Below, one piece after another: positions 12,648 to 24,002 of a DNA stretch of 64,000 nt. Origin of the DNA: Podarcis tiliguerta (Eukaryota); NCBI GenBank assembly GCA_965153285.1, contig OZ229110.1. One strand, 5' to 3'. A model generated the notes under the pieces. The model did no database searches. It worked only from the letters and a program-made list of their open reading frames with translations, and had not been told where the DNA came from. Positions within the stretch are counted from its first letter, which is position 1. The number at the start of each line of letters is the position of its first letter. Made by a program: the position numbers and the translations under genes.

Positions 12648-13010
12648 AAGGTAAAGGTAAAGGTACCCCTGCCCGTACGGGCCAGTCTTGCCAGACTCTA
12701 GGGTTGTGCGCTCATCTCACTCTATAGGCCGGGAGCCAGCGCTGTCCGCAGACACTTCCGGGTCACGTGGCCAGCGTGACAAGCTGCATCTGGCGAGCCA
12801 GCGCAGCACACGGAACACCGTTTACCTTCCCACTAGTAAGCGGTCCCTATTTATCTACTTGCACCTGGAGGTGCTTTCGAACTGCTAGGTTGGCAGGCGC
12901 TGGGACTGAACGACGGGAGCGCACCCCGCTGCGGGGATTCGAACCGCCGACCGTGCGATCGGCAAGTCCTAGGCGCTGAGGTTTTACCCACAGCGCCACC
13001 CGCGTCCCTG
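12648..13010 (-). mobile_element. Full-length Sauria SINE (Squam1 type)
   Basis: Minus-strand head GGGACGCGGGTGGCGCTGTGGG with B-box GGTTCGAATCCC; (ACCTTT)n tail; 13-bp TSD tatttctatatta (12635-12647, 13011-13023); CpG-rich, so young. Confidence 0.93.
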
Positions 13011-14996
13011 TATTTCTATATTATTATTATAGTAATTATTTCTATACTTGCATATATACATATAAATTAGAATATGGAAATTTTATTCAAATCAGTATCC
13101 TACTCTCACCTCTTTTTTGATGATGCATTTTCTCTCTTTTGGCGATATGTAAGTGGCCATGCTTGGATTTCTGTCACGTTCTAATTTCATTCATCATCTC
13201 AGAAGTGCTTGGTGTCCTTCAGTTTAGGTGCAGATGGGGGAAGAAGGTCACAAATTTCAACAGGGAAAGTTTTCCCTTTCCCAAAAGAAACAGCAATTCC
13301 ATAGTGTTCCAGAAATATTTGTTAGAGTAATACAAAATGTGAGAGTTGAAAGCATTCCATTACAGTAATAATGATATTAAAGAATTGGCTGCTAGTCTCA
13401 TGATTCATGAAACAATAATCAAAAGAAAAGTTTGTTTCAGTAACAAAAACTTGCTAGAAAGAAAGAAACTGGAATTCTATGAACAAAATAAATTCTGTTC
13501 TTCTCAGATAACGTGAAAACTGATGTCACTTCTAATTCTCTTGAGGGAAAAATGGCTACAGTTAGAAGTACATCAATGCAGCCATTTATTACCCAGACCA
13601 GTCTATAAAAAGACATTGTGTACAAGTTTTCACTTTCCATGCCAGAAATGCATTCCTGGAACATAACTGCAGTCTTTTTTTATTTAGTAATTTAGATAAT
13701 AGTTTCTCCATGAACTTTCATAACATTTATTTACTACCCTAAAGGATTCAGTCAAGTGCTTGTGGAATCCTTTAGCATCTAGCATTTTCATTATATTATA
13801 TAGGTTCATGAACCTTATGTGGAAAATAATCTTAGTAGGCAGATTTACATGAATTTACAAGCTTTACGGAGAAGCACAGAGGAGAGAAGTATGTAGGATT
13901 ATATCAAGGGGAAATGTGCTGGCTGGAACAATTGTGGGAAAATGAGGAAGGGGAGGCAAAGGATGCAAACAATTATGAAATCTAGTGGTGTTCATCCACC
14001 AGCAGAATGGACTTTCCTCTGGTGGTTTGGGGTTATGATTATGCTTCCAGAGCAGATTTTGGGCAGAGGGTTCCAGGGGGAGGAAAGGAATGGAAAAGAG
14101 CAGAAGTTCACTTGCATGATACTAGATGTTGCCTGTTGAGTTATTGGGTCAAGTAGGACTCTAGCATTTTGCCTGCATATTATTATCAATTTTAAAATCG
14201 GGAAAGGTTGGGAAATGAAGCTTCTCACATGCCAAATGAATTAAGTTCTTTATTTTGCATTTTATTTAACAACCTCTAGGTACCTGTGAGAAACAATTAA
14301 AATGTCGTCTGACATCTTCCCTATCTACTCCTGTATATAATAGCTTATATATCTTATATATCCACAAATCATTTTCTATCTGAATGAAAGATGTTCAGAC
14401 TATTAAGGCTCCTTACCCAATTTTATTTTTAAAAATCCCATTGTTAGTTCTGGAAAGCAATTAAAAACAAACAAACAAACAAAAAACCTTCGACCTCCCA
14501 AAGCCCTTTTACTTTCCTAATTAAAAAAACCCTCCCCAGTTACTTTAATTTTCAATTTTAGCTCTATGTCACTAGTTTCTTACTTTGCTTTGTTTTGTGT
14601 TCAACACAGATAATTAATCCATAGATAAGTATCCATGATTTCTTTAATGATATAGCTAAATTATATAGTTTTCAGGCACAGTACCACACCCACACCTGAA
14701 AGTTGCTTGTATTTACATGTTTGTATCTTCAACATTTTATTTTAAATATCAGATACTGTACTTCATTAATTTATTTAATCTTCTGTAAAGTAGATTAAAA
14801 TTAATGTTTAAGAAGCTGGTTTCTCATAGAGGCCTTGTGTATTTTCAAAATCAACATAATATGATTAGTATTTATTTAGGCTGCTTTTCTGAGCAAATGC
14901 CCATCTAAAGCGGCTTGCAGGCAAAACAGATAAAAAACAGTACAGAGTTTAGAACCATACACAAATTTACTTTTAACACACAACTCAACAGTTGAA

Positions 14997-15220
14997 CAGT
15001 GGTACCTTGGTTTAAGAACAGTCCGGTTTAAGAACGATTTGGTTTATAAACTCGGCAAAACCGGAAATAGTGTCTTGGTTTGAGAACTTTACCTCAGTCT
15101 AAGAATGGAATCCGAACGGTGGAAGGGCACCGACGGTGGTAGGCCGCATTAGGGAAAGCGTGCCTTGGTTTAAGAACGGACTTCCGGAACAGATTAAGTT
15201 CGTAAACCGAGGTACCACTG
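14997..15220 (+). mobile_element. Tigger-like MITE, subfamily B
   Basis: TIRs CAGTGGTACCTTGGTTTA / TAAACCGAGGTACCACTG, right TA; repeated ggtttaagaac motif. Confidence 0.88.
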
Positions 15221-15221
15221 T

Positions 15222-16637
15222 ATCAAGTATCAGGTATCAAACTTTCTTTCAGTCACAGACCTGCATAAGATAAAACATGAATAAACTGAACACATAAGAC
15301 TTAAATCAGGCAAGGAATAAAAAAACTAGTAATTAGTAAGGGACAAACAGTTAAAAGCTACTGTAAGGGAGCAGAGACCTTGCATTTGGGGCCTAGTTTG
15401 TGGCGCAAACCATCCTTTGGTAGCACAGAATCTAGCAACTGAGTATGAAACATATGGGTTTTCATCTTGAAGTAGCAGGAAGGTATAAAGTTGTTCTGTG
15501 CAACCTGGGAATTTATGTAATATAGGGAAGTTGAACCTAGCTGGTATATCTGTATAGTACTGGCAGTGAAAAAAGACACGTTCTGTTATTTCCAGTTGCC
15601 CAGAGCCACATGGGCCTTTTCTCTCCTCATACGGTATCTTCCTAAAGTTGCCATCTTGGATGGCTAAAGGGAGGGCCTGGCAACAGACCAGAGTGAAAGC
15701 CCTTTGCTGTTTTGGAATTTCAAGGTTCATCATATATGGCATCTGGGAGGTGAAGTGTCTTCTGGTTTCACTGATTAAAAATGTCAGGGACCTGGCTAGA
15801 TCTTCTTGGCATTTTGTATCTTCTACACCCTGTTTGATGGTTTTTGGGGCTTGTTAAAACCTAAGTCAAGTAGGGTCTGCGGTGTGAAGCCTAGAGTAGT
15901 TGTTATGTTTATCACTGCACATTTCCATGTCGTTCAGAAATAATAATTAAGGGAGGAAGGCCACGCAGGAGGAGAGAGAGTCTCAGCCAGTAATTTAGTG
16001 TGGTGATCCTTACAAACCCAGTTTCAAGACGTATGGTAGCATTGGAGATGTGTTTAAGCACTTGTAGGGCTGATCTTAAGAACTTAGATTGTACCAGTTC
16101 TAATGGTGTGCAGTTGGCAAAGGGGCCTAATTGGGCACCATATACAAGTTGTGCAATGAATTTGGCCTCAAAAGGTTTGAGGGCTGCAGGTATATATTGT
16201 CCGCCTTTAATCCTGAGGTACCTGAGTATTGCATTTATGCATCTCTGGGTATTCCCTGCAACATAATCCCCATGGGCTTTTCTACTTCCTGAAGAGTGAA
16301 GGGTTATACCCAAATATTTGAAGCGGGTGACCTGCTCAATCTTATGGCCATTGATGTACCATGAGCAAGGTTTGGGCCTTTTGGCAATGATTTTGGTTTT
16401 CTGATAATTTAGTTTGCTCTCTTTGCAGTATACTGATAATGTTTTCATGGCTCTTTTAAGGCCTATAGGAGTTCTTGAGAGGATTGCTGCGTCATCTGCA
16501 TAAAGCAGCACAGGGATAGATATGCTTTCCTGCTAGTTTTGGAGGCTGTAAGTTCATGTTGTAGAAGAGAGGTACCATATCATTTATATAGAAATTGAAT
16601 AAAAATGGGGCCAATATGCACCCTTGATTGATGCCCA
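15222..16637 (-). mobile_element. 5'-truncated LINE, RTE-X-like (clade uncertain)
   Basis: GINQGCILAPFLFNFYIND, frameshift, LLYADDAAILS, FKYLG, then a C-terminal Cys/His-like region PYEERKGPCGSG...FHCQYY; 3' end GGTCTGTGACTG plus short tandem tail next to the MITE at 15220. Confidence 0.85.
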
Positions 16638-17974
16638 TTGGCCAGATTGAACCCAACATCGAGGGACCTACCAATCGGGTGTTATGGCTGACCAATCTTA
16701 CCCACCCACAACACAGGAGGTCAGTCTCCAGGTCTCACTGCAACACTTGCCCTCTTTTAAGGAAGACACATTGCTGTAGGGTAACCATAGCGAAGGACTA
16801 TTCACCTTACCGACCTAAGGCATGGTACACCAGGAGAGCCAGTGGAGCACATCTGAAACTGCAGATTGAATGGTAAGAGTGCACATATATTCCAATTAAT
16901 AGCTTTGGCCCAAACCATTTAGTGCTTTAAAGGAAAACCAGCAGGCTAAATTGTGCCTGGAAACACACTGGCAGCCAGTGCAGCATATATATTTGCATAT
17001 GAACGAGGCCATACATACACTGTCTTCTAACTGTATTTACTCTTACTCCTTACTGCCCAAATACATTCCTTCCTTCCTTACTTCCCTTCATTTCCTCTGC
17101 TGCTAAAAACGTAGATTACGTTCCATAGGACAGAGGTAAATTTATTTATTTAGAATGCAAGGGTTCAATCCAATCCAAATATCTTTATTGTACTAGCTAT
17201 TGGCCACAATATGCAAGGTTTTGGAATCATTCCCACAAAGTCTGTCAAATCAGAACAGGGAAACTCTTTGCTGAGATTCACGTCAGAAAATGGGGTTATC
17301 TGTATACTGTATTAAAAACGTATGTGCTGCAGAGAAGCTGACTGTGCCATGTTATTACAGTGAAAAAGATGTCCCGCAATATATTCAGCATACTTCAGTT
17401 TCACCATAAATAAGAAACAATATTTGTGGTGACCATCAAGCGATTAAAAGAAAATAAAAGAATGGATTTGAGTACTGTAGTTAACATTAGATTCAATCGG
17501 ATAGTTGCAAGAAGTTCTGATTTTCTCTCCCCAAATTAATGCTTGCTGGCTATGAGTAATATTATCAATAATTCATCACCCGAGTTCATTTCGATATGAT
17601 CTGTTGATGCACACCACCAGAGCACATGGCAGTAATATGAGCATTTAGGTGATTTACAGATCTACAAAATAGCAAATAATCAGAAATTTCTTCAAGTGAC
17701 AGCCTGCAAGGGCTTTTGAACATCTGAAATGAGGATGTGCAGCGAGATCAGTATATTATAAATCACGTTCGTCTTTTTTTAGTACTCTTTGGTGTTCCCA
17801 GGGTAGAAGTGCATGCACTTAGACCATCTACTTCCAACAGTTTCCAGTGCCTAAGTGACAGATTGTGTTTTATATAATGGTGCTCTTTCTATATCCTTAT
17901 TAACTCTTTAGTCCCTCAAGGCATTTTACATTCACTGGTGTACATCATGGATACAGGCACTATGTGTCTGCAAA

Positions 17975-17977
17975 TAT

Positions 17978-18008
<31 letters not shown>

Positions 18009-18011
18009 TTT
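17975..18011. repeat. (ATTT)n microsatellite
   Basis: Direct reading. Confidence 0.95.
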
Positions 18012-19827
18012 CAGTGTCTGTTAATCCTGATTGTTGTGGTCTTGAATATGAATCATTTAATAAAGCAAACCCTGCAATGGCAACCCATTCTATTACTTTG
18101 TAATAGAGATGCATCTTCATTTCTTTATATGCTGCACTTCCTACATACAGTATAGCAGTCTCTCCAACTCTCCTGTCTGTCCACTCTAGGCTGCTCCGTA
18201 GAGTCCCTAAGTACATGGAGAGGGGTTACGTGCATGTGATTGTTGCTATGAGGTGGGCAAAACCTCTAGATAGGCCCAATTTGTCTGCAGACAAATTCCT
18301 CCCTGGCCCTGAATACAGCAACCAGTTAATTCCACAGCAAGGTTGTGCTAGAGCACTGCCTGCTTACCTGCAGGCAGGGCCAAAAGATATAGGGTGGGTG
18401 GGATGTCCGTTGCCGACTAACTGCCCACTCACAGCACTACCGGAATATTGTGCTATGGGGGCAGGTCTAAGTGAAGACTAGCTTCCCTAAGTCCACCTCC
18501 AAAACCATGCCCACTGGAATGGCCACAATTGGCCAATTTGAAATGCAGTTTTTGTCAGGACAACTCAGAAGACCCTGTGACTGGCCAAGGCTGTTAGTGC
18601 CACCATTGGTCACTTGGGTTAGGACTTCTGCCCCCCCTGGTTCCCCAATGAATTTATATAGAGTGTTTGTATTGCTACTGCTGTGGTTTTAGGCTTTTTT
18701 TTTAGTTGTAAGTTTTATTGTACTGAATGTGTGGCTACTCTGTAAATTTCTGTGGGTATTCTGCGATAGAAAAGTAATATGATAAATACTGTACTAAACA
18801 TAATAATTTAAATGGAGGTGAGAGCATCCTGTAGAGGTGATTTCACTTGGTACTAGTTTAGAACCTTTTTTTATAAAGTGTTATGCAGTGCAATGCTATA
18901 CATGGTTACTTGGAGCTATCTCCCACTTAATTCAATGGGGCTTTTTATCTAGTAAGTATGCTTAGCACGGTGCTAGCCATTCCTTGAGAATGGCACTCTG
19001 TGTATTATGTAGGCATTTCTTCATATAGTTGTACAAAAAGGGGGTAACTCAGATAATAATTTTGTTTATGGTTTTGCCTTGGAGGGGAAAAAACCAGGGT
19101 CCTTGTGTATTCTGCAATGTGTCATGACTAAAATGTTTGTCTGCCTTTTGCTAGAGGTGGAGAGTGTTTTTGTCTGAGACACAGCTGCATGATATGGATT
19201 AGCCCTAAACAGGACCCAACTTGTATTTGTGGTCTTTGGTCTTGCTTAAGAACACTTTTGCAAATATTTCACACAGGAGGCCTTATTTTACTAGGGCATG
19301 GATTCCTTGGCCAGAACTGATGTAGCCTAATCATTATATCTTCCAAACACGAAAGGACTTATGCAGTGTCTTGAAACCTGATGAGGAACTTGTGGTAAAA
19401 GCCAAGAATGTTGCATCCACAGGTGGGCATTCTATAAGAAGAATCTCAAATTGCCATCATGAATTTATATATGCAATGGTGAACACATTGTTCAATTTGA
19501 TCAGAAACTTTTTTATGTTCTTGACATGTGTGGAGAACGTGCCTTGTGCTTTCATAGTATGCTTTTCCTTAAGTAAACTATTTTATCAGCTGGCTAGGCA
19601 AGAGATATGCCTTTCTGAGGACATCTAGGGACATGAATGTGGTCTGTAACTGAAATAGTAAGCTATAGAAAAAGCCGGTCGATCACATAGAGTTATAGAC
19701 TGAATTCTCTAAAGCAGCAACTGTGTGGATTCAAAATTCAAGACTACAAATCAAACAGACTTATTTCTTGACAGTACAAGATAATTGAGAGGTCTTAGAT
19801 TAGGTATGCCCCAGGATGTGTATAATA

Positions 19828-21350
19828 ACATATGAGCCTTTCTGGATCAGGCCAATGGCCTATCTAGTCCAACATCCTGTTCTCACAGTGGCTGACCAGA
19901 TGTCTGTGGGAAACCTGAAAGATAGACAGGAGCATTATTATTATTATTGTTGTTGTTGTTGTTGTTATTAACCACCCTGTACCCCAAGGTCTCAGGGTGG
20001 TTCACAGAATAAAATCAAAATATAAAACCACAAAATGTGTAATAAAAACAAAAACAACAACCACCCAATAACCCCCCCCAAACCCCCACATTTTAAAAGG
20101 GCATAGGTTGTTAATCAAATCAAACAAAGGCCTAGTTAAAAAAGAACATTTTTGCATGGTATAATAAAGGCGAACTTCCCTGGGGAGAGCATTCCACAGA
20201 TGGGGAGCCACTGCAGAGAAGGCCCATTCTCGTGTTGCCACCCTCCGGACCTCTTGAGGAGGAGGCACACGAAGAAGGGCCTCAGAAGATGATCTCAGGG
20301 TATGGGTAGGCCCATATGGAAAGAGGCAGTCCGTAAGGTATTGTGATCCTCAGACATTTAAGGCTTTATAGGTCAAAACCAGCACTTTGAATTGGGCCTG
20401 GAAACTAATTGGTGGCCAGTGCAGTCGGACCACGATCAGTGCAATATGCTCATACTGTTTTGCTCTGGTGAACAACCTGGCAGCTGAATTCTGCACTAGC
20501 TGAAGTTTCTGAACTGTCTTCAGAGGCAGCCTTATGTATAACACATTGCAGTAATCTAACCTTGAGGTTACCAGAGCATAGACAACAGTAGATAGGCTAT
20601 CCTTGTCCCGATAGGGGCGTAGCTGTGCCACCAGCCGAAGCTGATGGAAGGCACTCCAGGCCACCTGAGCCTTGAGTGACAGCAAAGGATCCAGGAGTAC
20701 CCCCAAGCTACAGACCTGCTCCTTCAGAGGAAGTGTAACCCCATCAAGAGCAGGCAATCTCCTACCCATCTGTCTAGGGGACCACCCACCAACAGTGCCT
20801 CAGTCTTATTGGGATTGAGTTTCAGTTTGTTGGTTCTCATCCAGTCCATTACTGAGGCAAGAAACTGGTCCAGCACTTCCACTGCCTGACCTGCAGATGC
20901 AAAGGAGAAACAGAGCTGCGTGTCATCAGCATACTGCTGACAACGTACTCCAAACCTCTGGATAACCCCACCCAGCGGTTTCATGTAGATGAACCCCACA
21001 TTGAAGGTTTCATGGGCCTGAAAAACACCCCCCAAGCAACACCCTTTGGGAACAACCATCTAAGTAGGACTGGAACCACTGCAAAGTGGTGCCACCCACC
21101 TCTAGTTCGGAAAGTCGCTCCAGAAGGATACCATGGCCAGTGGTATTGAAAGCCACTGAGAGGTTGAGGATAATTAATAGGGACATGTTTCCCTTCTCTC
21201 TCTCTCTCGACAGAGATCATCATACAGATAGACCAAAGCAGTTTCTATGCCAAAACCAGGCATAACAGCATTCTCCCCACTTGCAGTTCCCAGCATGATT
21301 CCTCTGACAGTGGAGGTAAAACACAGCCTTCATGGTTGGTAGCCACTGGT
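19828..21350 (-). mobile_element. Old CR1-like 3' end split by the L2 (pieces ~19828-19933 and ~21261-21350)
   Basis: ctggatcaggccaatggcctatctagtccaacatcctgttctcacagtggc continues after the L2 as ...cctctgacagtggagg...catggttggtagccact. Confidence 0.6.
19934..21260 (-). mobile_element. 5'-truncated L2 LINE inserted in an older CR1 3' end
   Basis: RT motifs PGFGIETALV, QYADDTQL, WMRTNKLKLNPNKTE, VTSRLDYCN, LQLVQNSAAR, FKVLVLTYKALN with frameshifts; GVPQGS segment deleted; simple-repeat tail at 19934-19970. Confidence 0.93.
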
Positions 21351-22006
21351 GAGCAATACAAGGTTTGTTATTTCAGTGCCTTTGTCTTGAGTAAATCTCC
21401 AAGGGCAGAGGTTGCTTTCCACAGTAACATATACTAAAAATGTATAGGAGCATATAGTAAATCAGAAGTGACAATGTCACTGTGCTCAGAGTTTCTTTAC
21501 TCCCACAAATGTCAGTCATGGAATGAAAATGATGACTGTCAGGGGCAATGGCATAATGATGGCATCTAACGGTAAGGCAGAGTTAAACAAATCAAGGCTT
21601 ACTGGGAATGAGCAAGCATGCTGCTCACATCATGTCTGTCTCCTCCATTTGCTGTGCTGGGAAGAAACAAACCAAAGTTTTTGGGAGGAAACAATCCTTA
21701 GTGCTTTTGTGTGAACCAGTCCTCGTGAATTCTTTCTCTCCAAACAAGCCATGAGGATAAGCCAAGAACAGACCATGTTTCAGGATGCATGCTGGTGCCA
21801 AGTCCCTTTTCTGAAAAGTCTTCCAGTAGGTCTTTGAGGTCCCAGAACAGCACCACTATCAGAAATTATTCTGCTAGTGCATCTCTGGGTTTCATCTGCA
21901 TTACTTAACCACTGTGTGTGAATTTGATAAGCTATTTTAAGGGTGTTAAGGAGACCTAATCTACCTTGTGATATTAAAATTTCAGCATGTGCATTTGCGT
22001 GAAAAG

Positions 22007-22054
22007 ACACACACAGACACACACACACACAGACACACACACACACACACACAC
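22007..22054. repeat. (CA)n microsatellite, interrupted
   Basis: Direct reading. Confidence 0.95.
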
Positions 22055-23865
22055 TTCATCATAGCCAGAGTTCCCTTCACTTCCTTTTCAATCATCCACT
22101 TACTGTGCAAAATCACTTTCCAGCTGCTTATGCCCCTTGACAGTTGGGTGTGTGAAAGTACATCTGTCAGAGCATTGTATATTCAAAGGTTGGCTCATCT
22201 GATAACAGTTCGTATTACTAGATATGTCAGCTTCTATTGTGTACCCACAGCTATTTATTAGGCCTATGTAAAATGTATTTCCACCACCTCCCCCAAATCC
22301 AAGTAAGTGCTGTTGTCTTTTTAAGTTTATCCTTTTTGACAGATAAAAGCTGAACAAGGATGTCTACACCTAAAATAAGGTTGTTATTGCCTCAAGGGAA
22401 ATATTGGATGCATGAGAACGTTTTTGCTAATTGTAGAATAGAGAGGCCCTTTATTTTGGCAGGGAAAAGTTGCAGGCTGCTTATGGCACATGCATATACT
22501 TGCAATGCAATTACATTTAGGGTTTGATCTAGCATCGCTAGTGTATGGTGTCTATATTTCCCCCTTAATATATTTCTTTGGTGTTCTGTGTAATACGTGC
22601 TAGATAGAAGGAATTAGCTTAATACAAACAGTTCTTAGTAACCAGATACAGCATTGGAGTCATCCAACATTTGAAATAAATCCAAACATTGCTTTTTGTA
22701 TAATTACCATGTCAAGAACTTTAGATTATTTAAAATGGCAATCTTTCACCTCACCAATCATAAATCATGAGGACTTTACTGTATATCTTGCTATCTATTA
22801 TTTGTCAAATGAGTCTCAAATCGTTCAGTGTATGTGCGCTTTACATTTTTTTATTTATTAATTAAAATTCCCTTCATACCAGTATTTAAAATGTAGTGAT
22901 GCAATTATAAATTTTAGATATTGTACCTTTTGGGATTTGAGGGGATTTTTGACATATCAAAATTATTTTATTAGATGAAATGCTTCTATTTCTTTATAAG
23001 AATTAATTAATTAGATGGGGTCTTCTAATAGTCTAGTATTAGATAGCTGTATTTCAGGGCAAGCACCAAGTTTGAAGGTTGCCTCTTAGTGGTGTCTGGT
23101 GTCCATTAGGCCTGGTAGGTTGGGAGATTGGGAGACTGATGGTAGGAGGACCCAAAGTGAATGATAGGCAGAGCCAACTAATTCTAGTTTTATCTCTGTC
23201 CTTCTCCCTGTTGAGTTCTAAAATGACAACACTTGGACTAAGGAGAAAGCTGACAGACAATACCACTCCATTGACAAATAGAATGTAAGAGTTGTTGTTT
23301 ATTTATATCCCGCCCTTCTTCCCTAAGGAGCCCACAGGGCAGACACAGTAATGAAAAACATTTTTAAAAATCTAAAGTTTTAAAACTTTCTCAACATAGT
23401 TAAAACATTATCTCACCCAGCAAAAAATACTTATCCGTCCTCTGTAGTAGATTCCTGCTTATGGCTAGTATGGCAGCAGCCTCGTGAGTATTAACTACTC
23501 AATGTGTACTTTCAAATTACCTTGATGATATAAATTGGGTTTTGAACCCAATTTCAAAATGAAAACGTATGACTACCTGTATTTTACCACAATTAAGCAA
23601 TGTAACAATGATCTGTTTTTGAATAATGACATGTTTTTGTGCATGGAAGCACCAACAATCAGCTGTTTGTCGGCACTCGCAAAGTGCTATGCATGGGGCT
23701 TTGCAAGTGCCACCAATTAGGTGGCTGGTGGTGCCTGTGACTCTGCCTGTCAGCCCATCCATCTCTTTACCGGACCCACAGGTAGGACAGGTAGGCATGG
23801 CTTGGCCCAAACAGCCTCACAGCTCAAATGGGGATGCCTAAATAGGCAATGGGAACATTCTAAGA

Positions 23866-24002
23866 CAAAGATGGATGGGGGGCCTGTGGCCCTTTAGATG
23901 TTGTTGGACTACAGCTTGCATCACTGCTCGCCCCTTGACCATGTTGACAGATGCTGAAAGGAGTCTAACAACATCTGAAAGGTCGCAGGTTCTCCATCCC
24001 TG
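23866..24002. mobile_element. Older hAT-Charlie-like MITE
   Basis: cctgtggccctttagatgttgttggactaca ... caggttctccatccctg; TSD ttctaaga / ttctaagt. Confidence 0.75.

Noticed and set aside
15912-16511. Reverse-transcriptase ORF (YADD) as a retron-like or novel RT system
   Set aside because: It is a frameshifted, 5'-truncated LINE fragment with a normal LINE 3' end.
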